Shown here piece by piece: positions 24,486-33,152 of a DNA stretch of 45,164 nucleotides. The position numbers and the translations under genes are program-made. Below the pieces are notes generated by a model. The model had not been told where the DNA came from and did not search any database. It saw nothing but the letters and a program-made list of their open reading frames with translations. The stretch comes from a virus, in IMG/VR virus record IMGVR_UViG_3300003465_000014, positions 1 to 45,164 of that record. One strand, 5' to 3'. Numbering within the stretch: the first letter of the stretch is position 1; each line of letters begins with the position of its first letter.

Positions 24486-24648
24486 GGGGCTCCGACATCC
24501 GGGCGGACGGCATCCTCGGTCGAGGGTCGCCCCTCACTTCTTCCGGCCAGTTCCCGCCCTGCGGACAGTACCGCAGGCTGCGCCGGAGTCGGAACCCTAT
24601 GGCCCACTACACACCTTCCCGGCTCCATCACGCTCTGTGCACCTTTTT

Positions 24649-25266
24649 TCACAAGCCCGCCCTCCGATACCGTTCACGGCGACGTGCGTTTATCTGGTCG
24701 CGGTGCCGTAGCGCAGACTGTCGGCTGGCCGCACAACTACACGTCCGGCACTGGCGGCGCAGCTTCCCGTTCTTCCGCCGGCACCACATCGTATTCTCGG
24801 GCGTGAACTCGTGGCCGCGCTTGCAGTGCGTTTTCTCGGCGTTCATGCGCGGGTAGCCCTTCGCCACACCCGGGGCGTTCATCCGGCGCTTCCGGCAGGC
24901 GTCCACCATGTTGTCGTGCTGCGTCCCGAGAAACAGGTGATCGGGGTTCACGCACAAGCGCGTGTCACAGTGGTGGTTGACCTGGAGCCCGTCAGGAATC
25001 GGCCCGCGGTGCAGCTCCCAGGACCAGCGATGCGCCCCGATGATGCGTGGCCTCACGCCACGGCCACCGCCCAGCTTGATCGTCCCGTAGCCGTTCGAGC
25101 GCGTACTGCCGAGCCACAGCCAGCATCCGCTGTTCGGCTCGGGCACGTAGTGGCAGTCGGACGGCCGGCGCGGCGCACTCCACTTCCTGCCCTTCGTGGA
25201 GAACGCGGGGCGGACGATCCGCGGGCTCGCAATCGCTTCTCGAGCTTCCTGGTCGAGTCGGCTCAT
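24649..25266 (-). CDS. HNH homing-type endonuclease (205 aa)
   Basis: GCWLWLGSTRSNGYGTIK...AHRWSWELHRGPIPDGLQVNHHCDTRLCVNPDHLFLGTQHDNMVD is a canonical HNH_3 pattern. Confidence 0.85.
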   Translation of the reverse strand: MSRLDQEAREAIASPRIVRPAFSTKGRKWSAPRRPSDCHYVPEPNSGCWLWLGSTRSNGYGTIKLGGGRGVRPRIIGAHRWSWELHRGPIPDGLQVNHHCDTRLCVNPDHLFLGTQHDNMVDACRKRRMNAPGVAKGYPRMNAEKTHCKRGHEFTPENTMWCRRKNGKLRRQCRTCSCAASRQSALRHRDQINARRRERYRRAGL

Positions 25267-25763
25267 TTCGGCCCCACTGAGGGCGGAAGGTCCGACAGCG
25301 TGTGGCGAGAGTCGGCGAACTCAGTACGGACGGCCATCAGCAGGCAGCCGAGCGTGTTCCGCCCGACGCCGTTCACCTGCCCCCAGAAGCGGTTGACCTC
25401 GTTGTCCACCGTCGCGCTCTCGATCAGCTCCGCGTCACCAGTGGACAGCAGTAGGTCGCGCAGGTCGTCGTGTTGTCCGAACTTCGCCCGCAGTACATCG
25501 TGCATCCGGCCGACCTTCGACTGTGACCAACCCGGCGCGATGTCGTAGCTGTAGAGTCCATGCGCGGCCATCGCCAGCAAGCCCGGCGACGGTGCCGCCA
25601 TGAGCCAGTCGCGCACCGATGCTCGCCGCGGCTTGCCGAACTGGTAGGCATGCTCGGCGGTCGGGAACTCGCGGCCCTCGAACTGAATCGGTCGGCGAAA
25701 CAGGTTGCTGAATGCCCCGTAGGGCCGCTCGTTCGCCCGGTAGAACCGGATGGCCTCAGCCAT
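25263..25763 (-). CDS. NADAR (YbiA/DUF1768) domain protein (166 aa)
   Basis: FYRANERPYGAFSNLFRRPIQFEGREFPTAEHAYQFGK plus FWGQVNGVGRNTLGCLLM. ATG 25763 overlaps the upstream gene by 8 nt. Confidence 0.75.
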   Translation of the reverse strand: MAEAIRFYRANERPYGAFSNLFRRPIQFEGREFPTAEHAYQFGKPRRASVRDWLMAAPSPGLLAMAAHGLYSYDIAPGWSQSKVGRMHDVLRAKFGQHDDLRDLLLSTGDAELIESATVDNEVNRFWGQVNGVGRNTLGCLLMAVRTEFADSRHTLSDLPPSVGPK

Positions 25764-26304
25764 TCTTGCCGCCCTCCGGCTCGGGACGACGCGCGGCGGC
25801 ATCAAGCAGCGAATCAAGCCCGCAGAGGCAGGTGCGCTCGGACACGATACTCTTGGGGCACAGTCCATCGTGCTCGCCGAACTTTTCCAGGGCGTCGTAG
25901 AGCGCCTTACACGTGAGGGCCAGTGCTTCCGGCTCGCCATCAATGCCATTCTCAATGACCCACTCGATCTGGTGACGCGAATAAAAACGCTCAGGAGCCG
26001 CCACATCGTTGTGCCACGCATCCTGACACGACGCGTCCAATCCGCCACACGATGGGCACGATGCCACGGTGGGCGACGGCGGCAGTCCGCGCTGAAGTAC
26101 AACTCCCCTCACCTTCGCTGGATCAAAGCCCATACGGCGTAGCGTGGCGTCCTCGTCGGTGTTCGACGGCGATTTGACCGGAAACGGCTTCGCCTTGCGT
26201 ACTGCCCACGTCGGCGGGGCCTGTATCTGCGTACTGCATGTGGCGCAGCGGCCTGATAGCGCATCAACGGCGACGGGGTCATCACCACAGTTGGGGCATT
26301 TCAT
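25756..26304 (-). CDS. Cys-rich zinc-ribbon protein (182 aa)
   Basis: MKCPNCGD...CATC and CPSCGG...C motifs. Confidence 0.55.
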   Translation of the reverse strand: MKCPNCGDDPVAVDALSGRCATCSTQIQAPPTWAVRKAKPFPVKSPSNTDEDATLRRMGFDPAKVRGVVLQRGLPPSPTVASCPSCGGLDASCQDAWHNDVAAPERFYSRHQIEWVIENGIDGEPEALALTCKALYDALEKFGEHDGLCPKSIVSERTCLCGLDSLLDAAARRPEPEGGKNG

Positions 26305-26307
26305 CGT

Positions 26308-26634
26308 TCATTCTCCCTTCGAGTAAGGGTCCGCTCCCCAGTCATCGGATTCCTGCTCCCAGAACGGCATCGCATCCATGTGTGCGTTGAAGCAGACCAC
26401 TACGTCGCGCTCGGTCAGCAGGCCGTGGCGGATGATGCGCGGGCTTCGAGTATTCGCGGTCATGTTGTGCAGCCGCATCGTGCGTCCGTTCGTGCTGGTC
26501 GCGAGCAGCGCTCCCCCGATCCTATTCCAGCCCGCTGCCATCGCGGACAGGAGTAGGAAATCCTCTCGCCCACTGATAGGGTCGGGTATCGGCTCGCCAT
26601 ATTCGGGGCCGAATGTGTCTTTAAGAAACGCCAT
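26308..26634 (-). CDS. Hypothetical protein (108 aa)
   Basis: ATG 26634. The longer track ORF start is less likely. Confidence 0.45.
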   Translation of the reverse strand: MAFLKDTFGPEYGEPIPDPISGREDFLLLSAMAAGWNRIGGALLATSTNGRTMRLHNMTANTRSPRIIRHGLLTERDVVVCFNAHMDAMPFWEQESDDWGADPYSKGE

Positions 26635-26911
26635 TCTCGCCTCCGTGTCCGGGCGCTCGCGCGGCCTCAACACCGTTCGCAGCGAGCAGGTTGACGATCC
26701 GACCGAGCACATCGCCGTTCGGGGCGCGGAACTCGGCCGTCCCCGGTGGCAGCGTGTGATCGACGTGCAGCACGATCTTAGGCAGGAGATTCCCGGCCAC
26801 CGACGTGATGTGGAGCATGGCGTCCAGAATCCGAATCGCGCCCTCTCGGTCGTTCCACTCGCAGCAGCGCCGCGCCGCCTCCAATTGTTCGCGCAAGCCG
26901 ACTGTTTTCAT
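26621..26911 (-). CDS. Hypothetical protein (96 aa)
   Basis: GGAGGA 6 nt upstream of ATG 26911. Confidence 0.6.
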   Translation of the reverse strand: MKTVGLREQLEAARRCCEWNDREGAIRILDAMLHITSVAGNLLPKIVLHVDHTLPPGTAEFRAPNGDVLGRIVNLLAANGVEAARAPGHGGENGVS

Positions 26912-26938
26912 TTCTCGTCCTCCACTCTCGGCACACGC

Positions 26939-27307
26939 TCACCGAGCCGCGTCCCTGAGTCGGCCTCGGGATACTGCTGGCGGTACAGCTCCGACGCGCG
27001 AGCGTGTAGGTCGCCGACGAGCGCGATAACTTCCGCCCATCGGATGTCCTTCACGTCGTGGCTGCTCTCCCGCTGAGGGCGCAGGCTGAATGAGCGGCGC
27101 GCGAGAGTCGCGGGCGTAGCGACGGAACCGCGCGCACGGGCACGTGAGCGACCCGAAGCACGAGCCCCTTCCAGACGATCCCCGGTGTTGCGCGCGGGTG
27201 TGGCCGCACCGCCCGGGTTTGCCTGGCGTGATGCTCACGTCGGTGTAGCACGTGTCCACATGTGACCCCTGCGCGGCACGGCGGTACATGCGGTCAGCCA
27301 TGCTCAC
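26939..27307 (-). CDS. Cys-rich hypothetical protein. The 3' third is probably read in another frame, the one ending at 26908.
   Basis: High GC3 in the first ~70 codons, then it falls. The alternative frame has good GC3, reads ...HDVKDIRWAEVIALVGDLHARASELYRQQYPEADSG..., and ends in an ATGA overlap with the next gene. Confidence 0.35.
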   Translation of the reverse strand: MSMADRMYRRAAQGSHVDTCYTDVSITPGKPGRCGHTRAQHRGSSGRGSCFGSLTCPCARFRRYARDSRAPLIQPAPSAGEQPRREGHPMGGSYRARRRPTRSRVGAVPPAVSRGRLRDAAR

Positions 27308-27539
27308 CTCCGTCCGCAGGCGTCGGGAGCACCGTCCCTGAGTTGATTGGCGTTACGTCATCGGCACCGACGCGCGGACGTTTGAAGTAGTAGACCTGCC
27401 GATACTCGGTGTACCCCTTCCGCTCGTTCTCCCATGTCTGACGCAGTACGGTCACCAGCTCCCAGCCTTGGTTCCCGAGGTCGTCAAGATTGCCGACCTC
27501 GTCGTCGTCGAGGATGAGGTACTTCCAGCGCGGCGTCAT
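27294..27539 (-). CDS. DUF4177-like protein (81 aa)
   Basis: WKYLILDDDEVGNLDDLGNQGWELVTVL pattern. ATGA overlap at 27536-27539. Confidence 0.55.
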   Translation of the reverse strand: MTPRWKYLILDDDEVGNLDDLGNQGWELVTVLRQTWENERKGYTEYRQVYYFKRPRVGADDVTPINSGTVLPTPADGGEHG

Positions 27540-27763
27540 TCGGAACCGTCCTGACGCCCGCTGCGCGTCGTCCCTGAGTCGCCGGACTCCACGTACCTGC
27601 ACGCGCGGTCGAAGCCCTCGCAGAACGCAGCCCAGAGCGACCCTTCCGTGTGCTCCGGCACGGTCGCCCAGCGCTTCGTGTTCTCGTACTCGTCGCCAGC
27701 CTTATAGGCTTCCCACGCCTTCCATAGCGGCGAGGTCTTGTCCACAGGGGTCTGAACGCTCAT
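27536..27763 (-). CDS. Hypothetical protein (75 aa)
   Basis: ATGA overlaps at both ends. Confidence 0.5.
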   Translation of the reverse strand: MSVQTPVDKTSPLWKAWEAYKAGDEYENTKRWATVPEHTEGSLWAAFCEGFDRACRYVESGDSGTTRSGRQDGSE

Positions 27764-28599
27764 GCTGCCCTCTCAGGGTTGTGTAGCGCGTAGGTGCGCC
27801 ATGCGCGGCTGACGGCACCGCTGCCGGGGAAGATGTCCGCGAACTCGTCGCCACCGTTCACGCCCAGGAACTCGAACAGCCAGAAGCAGAACGCCTCCGG
27901 CTTCGCCCCTGACGTGCCCCGTTTGGTCGTGATGCTGGCGCTCACGTAGTCGCGCACCGTGGGAGCCTTCCGACCGCCGCGCTCAGATGCCGAGCGTCCA
28001 CCCCAGAAGATCACCGGCTCCCAGCAATAGGCCGGGTTCACGCCGGGCTTGAACGACGCAAACGGCTTCACCCACGCGGCCACGCGCACGTCGCGCGGAC
28101 ACAGCGGCAGAATGTCGTACAGTGACGGGACTGAGAGCGACAGCGCCCACGCCTCTGGGAACTCGTCGCACAGGCGGCGGATCAGCGCGGCGTGAGCTGG
28201 CAGCGTATCCCACTCGCTGGCCTCAGCGTGCTGATGGCCGTAGTGCTTCGAGCCCTGCCCCAGATAGGGCGGGTCAGCGTAGGCGAATCTCACTCGGCTC
28301 TCTCCCGACGCCCGCCGTATCATGCGGACAGGTCGCTCCAGCCGCTTCTTCAGCCGTTCGATCTCGGTGCGCGCCCGCCAGAGTGCGCCCACCGTGACGG
28401 CGATGCTCACGCCGCAGTGCTCGGGTTCCTCGGCCAGCATCGGAAAGCCGCGCCCGCGAATCAGCGCCATGGCAATCATGGCCGCATGCCTAGATGAAGG
28501 ATCAGTGTTCGTCGGAAACCGACGCGCACGGTTCATGGCCCGCAGCACGCGCCGGGGTTCCCATCTATCCCGTATCCGTCTCCGCTGCTTCGCGTTCAT
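27760..28599 (-). CDS. DNA methyltransferase, DPPY-motif (N6-adenine/N4-cytosine type, motif IV before motif I)
   Basis: FAYADPPYLG (motif IV) and C-terminal DIFPGSGAVSRA (motif I-like FxGxG). Confidence 0.7.
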   Translation of the reverse strand: MNAKQRRRIRDRWEPRRVLRAMNRARRFPTNTDPSSRHAAMIAMALIRGRGFPMLAEEPEHCGVSIAVTVGALWRARTEIERLKKRLERPVRMIRRASGESRVRFAYADPPYLGQGSKHYGHQHAEASEWDTLPAHAALIRRLCDEFPEAWALSLSVPSLYDILPLCPRDVRVAAWVKPFASFKPGVNPAYCWEPVIFWGGRSASERGGRKAPTVRDYVSASITTKRGTSGAKPEAFCFWLFEFLGVNGGDEFADIFPGSGAVSRAWRTYALHNPERAA

Positions 28600-28982
28600 A
28601 CCTCGCCGCCTCCGGACTGACGACGACGTGACAGCGTTCCAGAGTCGATCAACTCTGCGATTCCCTTCTCCGCTGCACGGCGCATGGTGGTCACGGCGAT
28701 GTCTAGGTCATCGGTACGGATCGTGGAGTCGCCGATGTATTCTTGGTCGCATTGCCTTGCCCATGCGACGGCATGCTCAAGTCTCGAGAGAACCGATTCG
28801 CCCACACCCTTGCGCAGCGGGTTGGCGTGGAAAGCGAGCCAGCGGTCTGCCCAGCGTTCACGCTCGTTGCTGTTCGCCCCTTTCGGTGGATTCGGAAACG
28901 CACAGGCATTCGCGTGGCTCACCGCGCCGGTGCGGTCGCGTTGGAAGCGCCGGACCAGCGAATAGGACGTAACGGTCATCAT
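28596..28982 (-). CDS. Hypothetical protein (128 aa)
   Basis: ATG 28982 forms an ATGA overlap. The 307-aa track ORF is an Arg-rich extension overlapping the upstream gene. Confidence 0.5.
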   Translation of the reverse strand: MMTVTSYSLVRRFQRDRTGAVSHANACAFPNPPKGANSNERERWADRWLAFHANPLRKGVGESVLSRLEHAVAWARQCDQEYIGDSTIRTDDLDIAVTTMRRAAEKGIAELIDSGTLSRRRQSGGGEV

Positions 28983-30013
28983 CGGCCCTCCTGCTGTCCG
29001 GCCCATATCCCGTTTTCGTTGCGCTGTCCCGCTGGTGTGATGCCGAAGAGGGCCTTCGTCCGCTCCCACACGTCGCGGTCGATCTGCACGACGACGTACT
29101 TGAGGCGGATGTCGTCTAACTCCACGCCAGACGTAGCCACGTCGCGCAACATCTCGTTGCGTTCGTCCCGCGTGTCCGGCGTCGGGGACGGCGCGGAGCG
29201 GGCGGCAAACGATTCGAGGATACGACGCATCGTCCGGCGATTCTCGGCCACCACCGCGTCCGGGAATACCGAGGTGTCCCCGACGCCACCGCCTTGCGTG
29301 AACCACGCCGCGAGCGCCCGGTCTACGTCCTCGTCTGTCACGTCCTGCGGCGGGAGGGAGGCGGGGACGGGGACGTGGAAGGCGCAGCGCAAGATGCTGG
29401 GCGGTGGCGCAAACGGTCGGCGCTCCTGCTCCTCTTTCGCTTCTGCCTCGGCCGCATCCAGTGTGACGTGCGGACGGGCGTGAATGGCGGTGCCGTCGCC
29501 ATCCAGCACGAAATAGCAAACCGCCTCCTCACTCAGCGCTCCGGCGCGAGCGGCGGGCCTAGGCGATGCCTCGCCGGGGGCCCATGCCAGCTCCAGTGCC
29601 TTCGCCTCGATCTCGGCCGGCGTCGAGTCCGCGTTGGCAAAGTCCAGCAGCCTATCCTGCAGCGTTGGCGCTTCGGCGCACGCTGGGCAGGAGTACACAC
29701 CCGGCTTCCCGTCGTCGTGGTGCTCGCGCGAGAACGCGAAGCCACAGACCGGGCAACGCCAGCAGGGCAGCAATTCGCCATCACCCGGCGCCCCGGCGGC
29801 GGCGGACGCGAGGGCGCGAAGACGCGATAGGTCGTTGATGGCAACCTCGGTACGCCCAGTGGTCAGCCCATGCGGATGCTCTATAGCGTGCTGGATGCGC
29901 TGCATTAGCACCGTGCCTCCGTCCGCGTCCCGCGCTCCCGCTCCCGGTGGGCGCGACGGGGCGTCCAACCTTCCGCCCTCGCACCAGCAGTTCGGGTCAT
30001 TGCATGTCATCAT
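28979..30013 (-). CDS. Hypothetical protein with internal zinc ribbon (344 aa)
   Basis: CWRCPVCGF...YSCPACAE motif. ATGA overlaps. Confidence 0.55.
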   Translation of the reverse strand: MMTCNDPNCWCEGGRLDAPSRPPGAGARDADGGTVLMQRIQHAIEHPHGLTTGRTEVAINDLSRLRALASAAAGAPGDGELLPCWRCPVCGFAFSREHHDDGKPGVYSCPACAEAPTLQDRLLDFANADSTPAEIEAKALELAWAPGEASPRPAARAGALSEEAVCYFVLDGDGTAIHARPHVTLDAAEAEAKEEQERRPFAPPPSILRCAFHVPVPASLPPQDVTDEDVDRALAAWFTQGGGVGDTSVFPDAVVAENRRTMRRILESFAARSAPSPTPDTRDERNEMLRDVATSGVELDDIRLKYVVVQIDRDVWERTKALFGITPAGQRNENGIWAGQQEGR

Positions 30014-30288
30014 TCGTTCTCTCCACTGAGGGCCGACGCCGCCTCAAGGGTGGCTTTCTTGTTCAGCTCCTCTATCGCGTAGTCTGGGACCGTATGGCCT
30101 GCCGCCCGGTGCTGCTCTAGGTGGACGATCATCTCTGCCGCCGTTTTGCAGCGAAACGACTCGACGCCCATCAGGTTCTCGGGGCGGTCGCTCGGGCACA
30201 GCAAGCACGCGCAGCACTCGATCTGATCGTCCGTGTTCTCGAACACGTAGACATCCGAACCGTCCCACCAGAATCGGCAGTATCTCAT
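30010..30288 (-). CDS. Hypothetical Cys-containing protein (92 aa)
   Basis: ORF in the operon chain. Confidence 0.5.
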   Translation of the reverse strand: MRYCRFWWDGSDVYVFENTDDQIECCACLLCPSDRPENLMGVESFRCKTAAEMIVHLEQHRAAGHTVPDYAIEELNKKATLEAASALSGENE

Positions 30289-30710
30289 TTCTCTTGCGAC
30301 GCCTCCACGACGTGTGCTCGGTTCACGCGGCGATGTCCTTCAGTCAGCACCGGCAACAGGCCCAGCTTCTCCCGCGCCCATCCGATGTCGAACTGGTTTT
30401 CCAGCGCCTTCGTGATGTCCTCGGGATACCGCGCGCCGTCGGGAAAGACCTTCTGGAATCGGCGATACTCCTCGGGACACGCGCCGTTCGCACGCAGGTG
30501 CGCCGCCGTGACCGTGAGTGATCCGCCCGACGGGGTAGAGCGCTCCAGGTCGGAGCCGTCGCCGTCGCCGTAGCCGTAGCCGGAGCCGTAGCCGTAGCCG
30601 GAGCCGTAGCCGTCGCCGGAGCCGTAGCCGTAGCCGGAGCCGTAGCCGAAGAACACGCCGCGGTGTGCGGTCGTGACGAGAACGGGACGCTCCTTCGCCT
30701 TCGTTGCCAT
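30285..30710 (-). CDS. Gly/Tyr-repeat protein (141 aa)
   Basis: ATG 30710 is preceded by a purine-rich GAGAGAGAA. GYGSGYGYGSGDGYGSGYGYGSGYGYGDGDGS linker, then a globular C-terminal domain (LRANGACPEEYRRFQKVFPDG). Confidence 0.6.
   Translation of the reverse strand: MATKAKERPVLVTTAHRGVFFGYGSGYGYGSGDGYGSGYGYGSGYGYGDGDGSDLERSTPSGGSLTVTAAHLRANGACPEEYRRFQKVFPDGARYPEDITKALENQFDIGWAREKLGLLPVLTEGHRRVNRAHVVEASQEK
30551..30650. repeat. Tandem ~18-bp repeats (GGAGCCGTAGCCGTAGCC-like) encoding the Gly/Tyr linker
   Basis: About five imperfect units, read directly. Confidence 0.8.
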
Positions 30711-30801
30711 TGCTGTTCTCTCTCTCAGGTAAGTGGTTGTCCTGCCGATACATCTTCGTGTGGAGCGTTGCGAAGCTGCTCTACTGTCGCGCGAGAGCGC
30801 A

Positions 30802-32223
30802 TTAGTCGCCGTCCTCCCCAAGCACCTTCGCCCGCAGTGGACGCGCTTCGAGCTGGCCGGCACGGTTCTCGCCCTCCTGATACACATCGAGTGCGATTTT
30901 CGAGTTAGTCCAGCCGCCCAACGCTTGGATGCCGCTCGGCGACAGCTTCTCAATGACGGCCTGGTCAAGGGTAATGCGGCGCTGGCCGTAACTGCCGCGA
31001 CCGGGCTGGTGCTCGATGCCAGCGCGTGCTTCCGCCGTCCGCCAGTTCTTCCTCAACCATGAGCCGGTGCAGTGCTGCCCGAAGTTCATATAGCTGCCAG
31101 CCCGAATCGTGCGCTCTTTGCCGCGCAGAAACCCAACGCGGCCCGTAAACCATCCGGTCGGAAAGAGCTGATAATCGGCGATGGCCTTTCGCTGCCATTC
31201 AGCCTCCACTCCAGCTAAGTAGCCGTCGCCAGCCATCGCTCCTTCGACTGCCCACCGCTGGCCGCGGGTCAACGCTACGAACGCACCACCCTTTTTACCG
31301 GCGCCATGGACCATCAGGCTGCCATAATCGGTGATGTCCTCTCGGGTCTTCGGATGACGGAGCGGTTCAGCCGCCCAATCGATTGGCGGCAGGTCACGGC
31401 CACGCGCGTCGATAAAGTCCGACCGCTTTGTGCGGAGCACCTGACCCGGACGCAGGCCCACGGCCAGCCGCATGAGCAGGCGGAGCCGCGGGTCGAAGTC
31501 GGCGGCGGCCAGGATCTTTTGGAACTCCTCGACGGTGTAACGCGGCCGATGCGGCTGCGGGGGGCGGTCGATCTTGGTTACGCCGCGCCAATGCTTTTCG
31601 ATCTCATCCTTCCATTTGTCGGGCCACGGTGCTGCATCGCGCGGTATCAGCTTGTTCTGCCGGAGCCAACGCACGGTCGTAATGACCCGCGACACGGTGA
31701 TCTCGGTCGAGCGCGCACCACGGCAACCATTGGCGAGCAGCTCTTCCAGCCGACGACGGAGTAGCAAGACCCAGTGACGCTCCTCGATGTCAGACCAAGA
31801 CGTGTCCGCTCCCCACACGGCGACGGCGTAGCGCAGCGCACGCACGAGTTCGCGCCGGAAGGCGTTATCGAGCGGATACAGCCCGTCGGGCGCGGTAATC
31901 AGCGCCTCGGCCCCACCGACCGTTAGACGCTCGCGCTCGGTGGCTACCTGTGCGGGCGCCTTGCCGGCCAGCTCCAGCGACTTCTGCTGTGCCGCGGCGA
32001 TCGCGAACGATTCGCACTCGGCGGTGATCTTGCCCTTGCTGTCGGTCTCTACCTTCCGACGTAGCGACAGCTTCGCCCAGTTCGGCGGCGTCTGCGTGTG
32101 ATCGCGCCAGCGCAGCATGAGCGCCCCGCCACGGAAGGCGTCTGAATAGGCGACTACGCGCGTCCGGCCGGAGCCAGTCGCGTAAGTCCATCCGGACGCA
32201 TCCTGACGCTTCGCGCGGGGCAT
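30802..32223 (-). CDS. int: Tyrosine integrase (473 aa)
   Basis: ATG 32223. GLRPGQVLRTKRSDF (Arg I), HGAGKKGG, SYGQRRITLD (HxxR-like with Y for H) and LGGWTNSKIALDVYQ (catalytic Tyr region). Confidence 0.7.
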   Translation of the reverse strand: MPRAKRQDASGWTYATGSGRTRVVAYSDAFRGGALMLRWRDHTQTPPNWAKLSLRRKVETDSKGKITAECESFAIAAAQQKSLELAGKAPAQVATERERLTVGGAEALITAPDGLYPLDNAFRRELVRALRYAVAVWGADTSWSDIEERHWVLLLRRRLEELLANGCRGARSTEITVSRVITTVRWLRQNKLIPRDAAPWPDKWKDEIEKHWRGVTKIDRPPQPHRPRYTVEEFQKILAAADFDPRLRLLMRLAVGLRPGQVLRTKRSDFIDARGRDLPPIDWAAEPLRHPKTREDITDYGSLMVHGAGKKGGAFVALTRGQRWAVEGAMAGDGYLAGVEAEWQRKAIADYQLFPTGWFTGRVGFLRGKERTIRAGSYMNFGQHCTGSWLRKNWRTAEARAGIEHQPGRGSYGQRRITLDQAVIEKLSPSGIQALGGWTNSKIALDVYQEGENRAGQLEARPLRAKVLGEDGD

Positions 32224-32230
32224 GGAATTG

Positions 32231-32569
32231 CTAGGACGCCTGCTTGAGCTGGCCGCGACGCTCGACGCGCACCGCGTCACGCGGGATGCGCCAGTCGTCG
32301 TTCATATCCTTGACCGCGCCCTCCAATTCCTTGTTCCGGCAGAGCCGGCGGACGGTGGCCTCCGGCATGTTGCGATGGAGCGCGAAGTCGGACACGGAGA
32401 GGAATGCCGTCTCGCGTTCGAGGTCAGCCAGCCGCTCGCGGAGCTCGGCCGCGCAGGACTGGAGCGCCGTGGCGACGGGATCGCTCGGCGCGCGCTTTAC
32501 GCGCTGCTCGGCCTCCTGTTCCCACGACGCAGCGACTTTCTCAGCCGCGACGATAAAAAGATTCTTCAC
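32231..32569 (-). CDS. Excisionase-family HTH protein (112 aa from GTG 32569; track ORF to 32620)
   Basis: LSVSDFALHRNMPEATVRRLCRNKELEGAVKDMNDDWRIPRDAV resembles the MerR/Xis-type HTH. Directly upstream of int. GTGA overlap with the upstream stop. Confidence 0.55.
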   Translation of the reverse strand: MKNLFIVAAEKVAASWEQEAEQRVKRAPSDPVATALQSCAAELRERLADLERETAFLSVSDFALHRNMPEATVRRLCRNKELEGAVKDMNDDWRIPRDAVRVERRGQLKQAS

Positions 32570-32814
32570 GCGGTCCTCCGATTGGCCTTGGGCTGCTGTT
32601 CGCGCCGCATGTCCTTCCAAGCGTTCATGACACTCTTGACCACTTCATGGAGCGAGTCGTTCGGCGTGAACACGCAGGTCACACAGACGCCGGTGTCGGC
32701 CAGCTCACGGTCGGTGTAGAACGCGTCGGGGCTCTCAAGGGCGGCGTCTGCCTCCCGGCGGACACCTTCCTCCATCAGCGGCGCGCAGCGTGCGGGAACG
32801 ACGCGGAGCAGCAT
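32566..32814 (-). CDS. Hypothetical protein (82 aa)
   Basis: ORF in the operon chain. Confidence 0.45.
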   Translation of the reverse strand: MLLRVVPARCAPLMEEGVRREADAALESPDAFYTDRELADTGVCVTCVFTPNDSLHEVVKSVMNAWKDMRREQQPKANRRTA

Positions 32815-33152
32815 CAGTCGGCCACCCCGACAGCCTCTCGCTTCCGGCCGATGGCGTTCCCGTACTTGAGCAGCGCTGACACGACGGGGCCGAGAAATAT
32901 CTCATACGCAAGGTTGCTGCTATTGGCAGCGATCAGCCGTTCCAAGCATTCGGCGCCCCTTAACATTCCACCCGGATCAACGCGATGCTCAGGTGCCGTC
33001 ATTTCGTGAACGATGAGGATCTTGTCTGTGACGCTCGGGCGCGCGTCCACCACGAGCCGGTGCGCCTGCGTCCAGATCGCGATGTGCAGGTTGTGCAGCG
33101 CCCGCTCCTTGGGCGGCAGCGGATCGCTCGGCACGTCGTAGATGTCTTTCAC
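32814..33152 (-). CDS. Hypothetical protein (112 aa)
   Basis: ORF in the operon chain. Confidence 0.5.
   Translation of the reverse strand: MKDIYDVPSDPLPPKERALHNLHIAIWTQAHRLVVDARPSVTDKILIVHEMTAPEHRVDPGGMLRGAECLERLIAANSSNLAYEIFLGPVVSALLKYGNAIGRKREAVGVAD

Noticed and set aside
24558-24577. Perfect 7-bp stem / 6-nt loop (CCTGCGG-ACAGTA-CCGCAGG) in the 163-bp gap after the HNH gene
   Set aside because: No flanking U-tract or conserved context was found, so a terminator, a processing site and chance cannot be told apart from sequence alone.
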